A DNA stretch of 64,000 nt, taken from NCBI RefSeq assembly GCF_036321535.1, contig NC_087436.1, forward strand, positions 101,372,001 to 101,436,000, in the 5' to 3' direction. Source of the DNA: Camelus dromedarius. Its lineage: Eukaryota. The position numbers and the translations under genes were made by a program. Shown here one piece after another: positions 52,901-64,000 of the stretch. The first letter of the stretch is position 1. Every line of letters starts with the position of its first letter. The notes beneath the pieces were generated by a model that was not told where the DNA came from, ran no database searches, and worked only from the letters and a program-made list of their open reading frames with translations.

Positions 52901-55149
52901 TACTTCACTTATCTAGGTACATATTATAAGCTTCATTAAAAAAAGTATCATGTGGATCCTATAGTGTCTGTAACTTACTTTGAATGACTTCAGAGTATAT
53001 GGAGTAAAACATTATGTGTGTTACTTAGGCTAAGTCATAACTGGTTCCTAATAAAGAACAGTGAAGAGGTTGTCAGCAGATATCATATCAGAAAGGGCCC
53101 CATCCAGCAGCAGGTACTGTGTAGATATCCAACAACCACTAGCATTTTACTCTTTTGCATGCTAAATGTCAAAAAATGGATTTTTTTTAAACTAATGACT
53201 TACTAAGTTAAAAAAAAAAGTTAATCTTTCATGAGAAGGATTGAAAAAAGGTTAGTAACCTTCAATCTTAGGGGTGTAATCCAAAGCTTATTACCTAACT
53301 CTAGCCATGTCCAGCCATTGATTTAGAAGAATTTACATTTCTTGATACAGACTAGAAGATAGAGATTCCTTCCTCTGGAATGTTACAGTGTTTGCCTTGT
53401 GTGAACTTTTCTGTCAAGGTGTGGCTGGAACTTAAAAATTCAGAGAACTAAAACTTCACGGAACAAATTGTAGGCTCTTCTCTGTGCCTGATTTGCTAAT
53501 TATTTGTTTAAAAAATATTGATTGTGCTCTCATTGTATCATGCTATTGAAAATGTGAAGAGTAGGTAACTCTTACCATCTAAACCTTTGATGATTAGTCA
53601 TCTATGAAAACTAATCCAAGAGCTATCATGACTAAACAGAACCATGTCAGTAAGAACAATAGTGAATTAATTCACATGTTCAATAAACGTACCTTCTGGC
53701 CTCTCAAAAGTACCATGGTAGGAGACAGTCCCCTTTGATTATAAGATAAAATGAATAAAACCCCTAAAGGATAGTAAGATTCCTTTGTATTGTGTCTTAC
53801 ATAGGTGAAAAAGTATAACACTTAAGCACAATCAACTCATTCATTCTGATTCGACAACACAGTGATGTAAAAAATTTTTATTGTCCCACGCATAATTACA
53901 TCTATTGTATTCAATTAATATGAAGTGTTTAATTATCTCTGAATGGCCCAGCTTTCTATTATTTGATGCTATGAGAGATTATTGATAAAAAGATTACCTA
54001 TACTAAGAATAAAATCTTATTCAATAGTCAGTTAAACCAGTAAGTATACTAAACACCTAACACAGTGGGAATAAATACTCTTTTAACTCATAGCACCTTT
54101 GAGAAATGTGGTTTCAGAATGTTTGAAGCAAGATCTTTAGTGGTGCTTGTAGACCCTTTCTTACTTACAAAAGCCTAATTCATACCCTGTTTATGGTGGA
54201 ATGTCTTGGCAGAAATTTATGTTCTGTTCATTAACAATTGCATTCTATTGTTAAAATATTATTTACATTTACATTGTTTTCAGTGATGATCTTTGTTCTA
54301 AATAACTTGATGGGGATACTTCAGTATGCATAGATATTTTATGATTTTTATTTTGTATCTTGGATGGGAGGGCCTTTTGCTGTTCTAAGTAGTGTAGTGG
54401 CATGAGCTTAAATAAAACTGCTTTCACTAGCTGCATAATATATAGTTATAATTTGTAGCATTACGATTCAAAAATATCCTGAGTGACAAGATGTGAAGTA
54501 CTTCTAAATTACTTGACACTATTTTCTTGAAGATTTACATGTGTTTTTTCCCCCCCTATCATTTACTTCAAATAAACAGTAAGATTCAGCATTGTCATAC
54601 ATTGCAAGTCATTGATTTCTAACCATCTACATTACAGGTCATCAGATTTTGCCACAGCTCCTACAGCCTTGCTTCGATTAGCAGGTCCCACAGATGAAGA
54701 GATTCGTCTCAGCACTCGTTCACCTGCCTCTTCCCGTTGATGGGCACTCACTTGTGCCCTCTAGTGTGTCCTCTCGTGCAGGTCAATGCAGCAGACTAAG
54801 TGCTGCTGGTATAAAAGAGACATGAACGCATTATCCCGGCATCTGTGTTTTGAAATATGACACTCATTTCTGGCATAAACAGTGCATTTAATCCATGATT
54901 GGTAACTGTATGAAGTTCCGGTGCAGCCTATTTGGGATGTCAGGGCTACAGATCTGAGAGAATACCCTGTGAGACCATGTGCAGCAGGAGCATCATCGGG
55001 ATGAGCTCCGTGCTGGGGCACATGCCACACACATTGCTGCCTGTTCTTTCCTACTTATGTTGTGAAACAACACCTCCTCCTACGGTCAGAAAACCCTGAG
55101 ATTGGGTGACCATAGAGGTGAAATGATCGTGGTAGTATTAACCACAGAG

Positions 55150-55335
55150 AGGGAAGGATGAGGAGGGAGAAAATATGTGGGCTTTGGAGCCAATTGGCTT
55201 GGGTTTGAATCCTGTCTTCATTACTACTCAGCTGAGTGATTTTATTTCACTTCTCCAGACCTGTTTCTGCATTGCTCCAGTACATGTGGAATCATTTTAA
55301 CTTAAAAGGTTGTCATGAGTATAGATCCATATCTC
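55150..55335 (+). mobile_element. MIR SINE
   Basis: tgggctttggagcca...gggtttgaatcctgtctt...ttactactcagctgagtga is the MIR tRNA-like head and core. Confidence 0.75.
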
Positions 55336-58169
55336 TAGAACACAAAATGTTCTCAAAATTCAAAAAAAAACTCAACTTATTTTGTGACAAAAACAAATTA
55401 TTCTAAATAGATTGACTATTAACATGTTCTTTTTTCAGAAGCATCAGTCTGTTTGATTTTAGGATGTTACACCCTACCTCTGCATGAAGCAGATGTTACA
55501 GTTTATAGCATATATGTATACACATACACACACACACACACAAACTTCATTAGCTTTCTGAAATCCAAAATTCATAAAATCCAACTCCCCCAGATACTTG
55601 GAATAGATAAATACTTATAGGACCCCTAGGGGTTTGCAATAAATTATTATGGACTTGTAATAATGAAATTAATGATCCTAAATTAATTTGATATAAAGTC
55701 TGAAAGATAGTAACTAACATTGTAACATTAGCCGAGCTCTTACTCTAGGACAGACTTTTCTCCTGGCAGTCCATCTGGGATCACGGTTTCTGTTTGCATC
55801 CTGAATAAAAATGAGGGTGAAGACTGGCGTAGTCTTACTTAATACAGGGAGAGAAGAACCCAACATTTCTTTACTTGTACCTACATTCTAAAGCTTTTTA
55901 AATCAGATATATGTTAAGGGAACACAAGTTGTTACAAGCCTTGAAATCAGAATATATAAAGCTTTGTGCTGGTGTAATGGAAGTGCTCAGGTTAGTGTGA
56001 TTTATTTTATGTTATATTTTTCACTTGAAAATGCGTGCATACTAGTTTCCCCTCTTGCCCCCCAACAGGCCTCCCCAACTGAGTGTATGATGTTCTTGGC
56101 TCAATTAAAGTGGTGAGAGTTATATAGAAACCATCTCTTCCTCTCCAAACAATTCTATTAATCATAGTCAGACCCCAGAATTGTTAAAAAAGGGAGTGCA
56201 TTAGAAATATGGAATATTTATTAACTTTTTTAGGAAGCTGAATTTTATCACTGGCTCTATGAGCTTTATTTGGCTATAGCTGTAAATATTAATATCCATT
56301 TTAGCAAATTCTTGCTATAGTGAGCAGGTATACAACAATTACCTCAGTGGTTTTATGATTATCTTAAACTATCATTGCCTTCAGCTATTATTTCATGTTG
56401 TTGTATTTTAAGACTACATCTTGATATTCAAATACTATTTTTTTACATAAAAGTAATAGAAATATATTTGCATGCTTCAGATCAAATTTGGAGGAATATG
56501 AAGGGCACAAAGTTATTCATAACCAAGATACGGTATTTGTTAAATAGTTCAAACTGGATGCCAGCTGGGCTAGCGGTAACTAATAGCATATTCCTCTGGT
56601 GTAGCACCTTCCTTTGCTTCTGCAAAAACAGTCACCTTTCTGAAATGTGCTAAAAGATTATTTGCTACGTCTAATTGAAGGATACAGATTTCAAGCTGTT
56701 TGTAGGTGATACATGAATTTTGCACTCCTGCTGATGAGCACATTGACTGCTGTGTAATTCTTCAAATTGATTCAATCAGACCCATGCTGTTTATGCTTTT
56801 AATTGATTGAATTAAAACAGCACTTTAAACTTTTAATCATTCCATTAGACAGGGGTCCTTTGCTTGTTCATGCTTAAGCCAATCCAGATGTTCTGTGGCT
56901 TTTTAACTTGTGAAGTCCCACCACAGAGCCAGGTGGGACTTTCGTTTGTTTGGCAGCCAGGCTAGACTGCAACATCATCACAAATGAAGTGACACTCCTA
57001 TTTTGGGGTGCAACTTTCCAGATAGAGATGAGTGGAGGTGTCTACTTTCCTTGCCTCTTCCCAATCGTACAGATCCTGAAGCAGGGAGAGTCATCTTACT
57101 GGAGTCACAGACAGAAATTACTGCTGATCAAAACCTTCCACAATCAACATGAAATTAAACTTGGGGACCATAGGAACATACATAGGATGATGCTTTGGCC
57201 TGGAACTGGCACCTCAGATTCTAATCTCGAAGCACTGCTGTGCCAAGTCATGGCAGGAGGGTACTGTCCACAAGTGCTCCTAACATGTAGGTACAGTCAT
57301 TATCTGTTAGAATTCAAAAGCTATAATCGAACCCTCTAAATGTTGTCCTGCTGTGTTCCATTACCATGCACCAGTGATCCAGAATAATATCAGTGATAAA
57401 GTATGTCTCCTAAAAATATTTTCTTGGGCTGAGCTGTAAACATTTGCTGTGGTTATTGTGAATTTCAGTATTTATGTAAACATCAAATCAGTCTATGTTT
57501 TATTACTCACTCTTTAATTAACATTGGATGATGCATGGAAGTTAATACAAAGAACCTCCAGTTACACAGTTGGCTTGTGACACTCTGGGACTCGGTTACA
57601 TACATTTATTTAAAGACTCAGTAACAGTTTGGAATCGTTCGCACTTGCATTGGATGTCAGTCTTGTCTCCACTCTCTGTGCTGCATCCCATTTCTGTGTT
57701 TAGACAGCAGCTTCAAAATAATCTGATAGCCAGGAAAAATAATGACGAAGAAACAGAACTTCTCTTACTTTAATTTCATCTTTCTGTGTGACCTCTTGAA
57801 GTTTTTATTTGTGTTTAAATTTTAACTCAGAAAAACAGAATACAAAATATATGGTGTGGTATTTTTGTTTGGTATGTCAAATTGTAGTTCATGCAAGCAA
57901 TATTTCACTAAATTTGAATAATATTTTAAAAACAGATTTATTCTTTGAAAATTATTAATTGTTCATTGACTAATCAAGGAAACAGTTATTGTCCTTGTTT
58001 AGTGTATTAATTAAAATAATTTTGACATATGGAAGAAGAGGACTTTTAAAAGTGATCTTCTCTGGAGGTCAGGTTCTATGTGTACACTGTCGCAAGGCTG
58101 TATGTGAATTGAAAACAGTGTTTAGAAAATATCACTTTCTAATAGACTCTCAGCGCCAGTTAAATGTAA

Positions 58170-58750
58170 AAACATTACATTTTAATCATCACATAATATC
58201 TCACACAAAGATAGACCTAGAATGAATTAAACACAAAATGGTGAAAAATAAAATGCATAGTTTATAAAAGAAGTATTGCAGAGTATCTCTGTGACCTAGG
58301 GGTGGAAAGTATCTAAAAAATTTTATGTACAAAAGCCACAAAGCAAAAAATGGTTAAATTATCTCATATGATTAATCACTGTTGCTAAATGAAGAATATT
58401 GTAGACAAAGATAATAGGTGGGCTACAGAGTGGGAAAAAATATTTGCAATGTTTGAAACCAGGAAAGAATTAATATCTGGAATCAACAATTTATTCCTGC
58501 AAATAAAAGTTAAAAAGATACCAGTCTCAGTGGACAAATAGAAAAAATTATGAACAGGCAATTTACAAACAAGGAAATACAAAAACTAACAATTATGTTA
58601 AGAGATAGTCCAAATAATTAGTAATCAGAGAAACGGAATTAAAGAAAACAGTATTTCTTAATTTCTGTTATTAGCAAAATTAGAAAAGGTTCATAAAAGA
58701 TAGTGATTTAAAAACTCTCTTCATATGGGAAAATAATTCAGCATTTCTTA
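58170..58750 (+). mobile_element. Old L1 (L1ME-like) ORF2 3' remnant
   Basis: ctacagagtgggaaaaaatatttgcaa (TEWEKIFA), atgaacaggcaatttaca, tagtaatcagagaaa. Confidence 0.8.
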
Positions 58751-61700
58751 ATTAGTAATATTTTGTATATATTTTAATAAATCATTAAGATTATTATATA
58801 CACATAATACTTACACCTTAATTGTTATATACACATACCTATTTTGCAGGCATTCATAAAAATGAGAGGGATTTGCATATTGAACACAGTAAAATCATTG
58901 CCTTAAGGGGGTGAAGAGTAAGAGTGAAATATTTTGTATTGTTTATTTAGTTTGTGTTTTTCATATAAGATCCTATAGATTTTGGTTTATTCTATCAAAA
59001 TAGAAACTAAATTCATACATCTTTTTATATAATTTTCATGTTAATACTTTTCAGATTACATAACAACTAAAATTAATGTTGCAATTTAATATCTATTTAA
59101 TATTCAATTTTTTTCTTTTCATTTAAGCATTAAGTAAATGTGTGGGTACATAGAATAATGAAGAGAGGGCAAGGATTCCACATTTCTGTACCTTTAGCCA
59201 AGAGATCATGAGTACAAATTACCGAGAAAGACATGAAGAGGAAAATGTTCTGGAAATTGTCCATTGTTCATTAGTTTACAACAGCATGTCTCAAAATGAC
59301 AGCTCCTATTTTATATCTGTTTAATACCTTAATCTTTCTTCCACAGAAGCATGATGTAGGTGCGACTCAGGTAGAGGCATGAACCCTGAACACAGGGTTC
59401 TTAGGGAAAATTCTTTTGGGAAATCCTATTAATTAAATCTATAATATAAATGGAAATTTCCATTTATATTAACACCTTAGGTACTGGAACCTATTAAGCC
59501 TTGTTTAACATTGCATTCCTCAAATGTTGGTTCACAAAACAACACCTTCGCTTTTTATTTTATTTTACTTGAAAATAACATCAATGTCCTGAGAAGCAAG
59601 TGTTTAAGAAGATACTAGCCTAAACCACTGGTCTTAGTGGTTTCCCATCTCAGTGAATTGAGCTGGATTAACTCAACTGTAAGGATTTCATGGGCCTTTG
59701 TAGACAAAAGGCTTCTTGATTCCTCTCTGCTTAGCAACTATATGAAGATAATATTTTAAATGATCACATGTATTATTTTCCTTTGCTCATTTCTCTGTCA
59801 GTGACCATTCCCTGAATCAGATGGAGGCATTTCTCCTTGAAGAATGAGGATGCTTTTAGGATAGCCATGATAGGCTCTTCAAGCATTCCTAGACACAGCA
59901 GTTTTGAAAACAAAATTCTGTGAAACAAAAACATTAAGACTTGAAGTAAAAACAGTCTCAGAAATAAATGAACAAACAAAAAAATTCAAAGAACAAACAA
60001 GCAAAACAAACAAAATCCCGAAAGAATAAAAGCAAAGCCCCAAATGGAATAGTGGTACAGAATGAGATTGAAAGTCCTGTAGTCATGAAAAGATCCAGAC
60101 CTACCTGGACCCCAGAGAAGACTAGGTAGAGTGACCTTACCTGGAAAAATAGAGGAAAAGACTACGAAAGGGTAGTGGGATAGTTGTTAGAATCCAAAAT
60201 GATGTTATCAGTTGGATCCAACATGAAGGATTCAGACCCGGGCCACCATATTGAAGAGCTGGAGACGCACTGCACCACGTCCTGACTGCCTGTCACAGTG
60301 CATTCTGCCACCTGGAAAACACTCAGGAAAGGACCTAAGCCAGTGCTTCAGTCCATCAGTAGCCCCATGAGCAAGCATTGCACACCATGTGTCCTCCTTT
60401 GGAATCATCACTCAGAGATCCTCTAATGAAAGTAATGTCCAATCCATGCCTGAAGACTTTGCTGAAGCTTATTAAAATATCTAGGATTGCACTTCCTTGC
60501 TCAATACTTAACTGGCACCCTCCTGCCAAAAGGGAGGGGGGCAGCGTCGTGGAAGAAAAGGAATCAGCACCTGGGTGAAGTTCCCCCCTGTTATTCACTC
60601 TGTGACATGTAAAAGGGTGTAGAGAGGCAAATCTTAGGATAGTGAAACATGGGAAAAGTCCTTCTCCCTGAGATGCAGAGTAGTTACACTAATTTATCTA
60701 CTTCATTTCTTCTTCTCCTAGTCCTTCCCTTGTCCCTTGCAGTCCTGTGAGGGATGAGGGAGACTCCAGATGTTAAGGAATAGGGTCCTACAAGATCAGA
60801 CCAGTGAAACGCAATCTAAAGAAGATACCAAAAGTCAGGAAGGAGAAATCACAAAATATACTTTAACTTTTTTTTACCTCTCAGAAGCAAAAATTCACTT
60901 TAGAGCATTGAAACTATATTTTTGACCTCAGCTTCATTTATTAGAGGGGTTTAATGGGTCAGGGATATTGAGTGGGGTTGAACTCCCGCTAGACAGAGCA
61001 CAGTATGTAACTAACGGATCACTGTTGTTTTAAGATTAGGAATAAAAATCTCAGAAAAGGCCTGAAATATTTGCTGCAGGCAAACTGTTAAAAAAGAAGA
61101 AGAAGGAAGAGGAAGGAAAAAAAAATAAATCTCAGAAAACCAAATGCTGAAATTATTATTAGCAGTAAATCTGGCTTTACAAACAACCAACATCTAACTA
61201 CTAAAAATCTTAAACTTCTAAAAGATATTTCACCATTTCTATTGTGGTAGCTGATATTTCCAAAGCACCTTTTCAGTTGCAAATAAATATTAAATGTACT
61301 GGTTGCAAAATCTGTGAGGAAATAATGCCATCAGCATCATCCTCATGATGGTGATATCTGTCTGTTGCCAGGAAGACTACTGGAGACAGCTTGGCACACC
61401 TAAAATTTATAGTTTTATGATATAAAAATAAAAGCTGTGGAAAGAGGACAACAAGATTTTACAAATCTTAAATCAGGAGGAAGAAAGGAAACACTGGGCA
61501 CTAATACTTGGTTTTAAAATAGTAGTTGCTATGACGACTTAAATCATCTCCTAAGGTGATGTCCTTTTATTTTACGAATTTTTTAGAAGTTAGTTGCCTA
61601 ACAACGGTGCTCCCTTACACTGAAGCAGTGCGTTTAATGAATTTGTTTTTGTTTGCAAGGGCCTGCTCTCTCTTTCTTGGTACTTGTTCTTGCAGCCATG

Positions 61701-62179
61701 AATAAAGTAACATGAAGAATATGAATTAAGAGAGATTTGAAATAGAGTCTATATTTTAGAATAAGAAGAAGCAATTGTATGATGGATACACTAATCTCTA
61801 TTTCCCTCATAGGAAAACAAATGGATTTTATTTTAAATTGGAGCTGCTTAAAGACACATAGAGTAATTGAATGCTATTTGATAGAAAAAAAATGATTCTG
61901 GGATTAGATTTTATTTACTTCCATTTTCTTAAAATTTCGTATTAATAGTGTAGTACATGTTTCTGAAAGAAGGAGACGATTTCGTTTTGGTAACTTCATG
62001 TACATGATCCATTTTATTCTGTTGTCTAATGCAGACTTTATACGACTAGTCAAGAAACAAAACCAATCTTACCCGTTCACTGTTGTGCTGGAAGTTTTAA
62101 CAATTCATAAACATATGCATTTTCTTATAAGTAGTCACTGTATACGTGTGTGTATGTCCTTGTATGCTTATTAATCAAA

Positions 62180-62660
62180 CACAATAACAGTCAAAAACCT
62201 GCAGCTGGAATTACAAGTTGGTACAACTGTTTAAGAGAACAGTTTAGCAATGTGCATGATAAAGATTTCAAAGCAATTCTAATGCAAGGAGTTACCCCTT
62301 AGGAAAGTTATTTGTGCATAGGAAAACTATAAACAAAGTAATTGCCAAACCACTAAGGATTATAAATTACATGCATCCATATAATAGAATACTATAAAAC
62401 AAAGCCTTTATTTATTGACATTATTACTACATTTCATTATTAATGAAACTATGTCAATTACATACCATTTAATGAAAAAAGCAGGTCACTAAAAAGTGTT
62501 TAGACTATCTTCACACATATATATATATATAAAAGAGTATCTGGGTATACTCATGGATACTTTTTAAATTAGAAAATGCAGATACATCAATATTTTAGTT
62601 TTTATGGGTTTTATATGTTTAAATTTATATCATATTTGGATTTATATATTATTTTTAATG
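62180..62660 (+). mobile_element. Old L1 3' remnant
   Basis: ttggtacaactgtttaagagaacagtttagcaatg...gcaattctaatgcaaggagttaccc...catccatataatagaatactat. Confidence 0.6.
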
Positions 62661-63189
62661 AGAAAATTTATAATCAGACTAAAAGTAAAATTATTTTTGG
62701 CATATACCCAGGTATTTTAATTTCTAAAATGTTTGGCAAATTTATATAAATCAAAATGCTTTTTTTACTAAGTTCATAATTTAAAAACAAAATGACTTCA
62801 TATATTACCAGGTTATCAAAGTTTATGTTGTGAAACCATTTATCATAAATATTAGGGCAGATAATTGAAAATAAGTATTTCATCTGGTTAACTGGAATTT
62901 GTTAAAGAAGTAAAATGTTAAAAAAAAATAGCCAGCAAATTCAATTAAGTAGGAAAATAGACATTCTATGAACAGAATAGTGATAGTACTACAAGCTACC
63001 CAATAAGAGAGTCAGAAAGTACATTTATGGATTCTCTGAACTCCTTTGATGGTTTATTACTTTACTTAGAATTGAGCATTTGCAATTAGAGAGCACATGT
63101 TATTAACTCCCTTGGGGAATAAGAGATGGGGAGTATGGAGGTTTATATGTCATCAGACAAACATCATCTCCTACCCATCTTTCTCTTGC

Positions 63190-63325
63190 ACTGAATTCCA
63201 GGTTCCTCAGGGTCAGGAACTCCTTCAGTTACTTCTCTGTGACCTCAGATCTAAGACAGTGCTTGATATATGATAAATATTCTCTATCTACTGTGAGTAA
63301 TGTGTAAGTGAATAAATAAATATAC
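63190..63325 (+). mobile_element. L2 3' end
   Basis: ggttcctcagggtcaggaac...tctaagacagtgcttgatatatga...gtgaataaataaat. Confidence 0.65.
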
Positions 63326-64000
63326 GAGCAAAGATTCTTTGAATATCAAAACTGGAGCAAGAAAACACTATGAAGAAGATGGCGGATGGAGATGAGGGTA
63401 TTTGTTCTTTACAAGAGCCTTTATGGTTTAATAATTCAGTCTGATTTGCTTCTTGAAATCATCTCCTGATTCTGTAGCAAAAGCATTCTTTTTCATTTGT
63501 TCCGTGTCCAGTATGGGACACGACCAATAATGATAGCTGGAAAAGACTTGGAAAGAAATCAAAGGGATGGCATGCAATTAATTCTCTATAATGAGAATTG
63601 AAGAAAAGGAGAGAAGAGGAATTCTAGACCTTGAAAGAGAGAAGGCTGTATGATAGTTAATTAATGATTTTCATGGGTTCAAACAGTCAAATTAGGAAAA
63701 CAGTTCTTTGAGCTGAGTAGAAAATAATGTGAGTAATGTTGATTAAAGTAGCATTTTGTAAGATATGAATATGTTAGTGTTCCATCGATAAAAGATGGTA
63801 GACTTGAAGGATTTATAAAACAATGTGTTCAAAAACATTATTAATTTTTACCTTTTTTTTTCCTTTTCTCCCATCTTGTATTGCACAGATTTCACAAATA
63901 ACTGCCAAGTCTTGGTTTCTGTGTTAGAAAAAAAAATAAATTCTTATTTGACAACTGGATATACCCAAAATAGTGCCATCTGATAAAAGAAATCAGAAAT

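Noticed and set aside
56950..57339. 129-aa plus-strand ORF
   Set aside because: Non-ATG (TTG) start, no recognisable protein similarity and no exon signals.
59773..59979. Minus-strand ORF with an acceptor-like tttttgtttcacag
   Set aside because: The pyrimidine tract comes from an A-rich low-complexity patch, and the peptide is not recognised.
1..64000. CRISPR array, operon or prokaryotic-type system
   Set aside because: The sequence is clearly mammalian, with no regularly spaced repeats and no long ORFs.

Overview
AT-rich, CpG-depleted mammalian genomic DNA, very probably from a camelid (alpaca, llama or camel), because it carries three copies of a tRNA-derived SINE that I recognise as the camelid Vic-1 type. 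It reads as a long intron or gene desert. A large share of it is recognisable transposable-element debris: L1 of several ages, L2, MIR, MaLR (MLT1) and ERVL/ERV1 solo LTRs, one hAT MITE and microsatellites. I cannot support any protein-coding gene, and the longest ORFs in the supplied track are repeat or low-complexity artefacts. Repeat family names come from my recall of consensus sequences, not from a database search, and the boundaries of old elements are approximate. The best second-look items are a SINE carrying a grafted L1 3' terminus, a perfect 30-bp palindrome centred on a kB/NFAT-like site, a minus-strand recursive-splice-like motif with several candidate minus-strand exons, a bulged RNA hairpin, and repeat-free blocks rich in homeodomain motifs that look like conserved enhancers. 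I found no convincing novel multi-component biological system.
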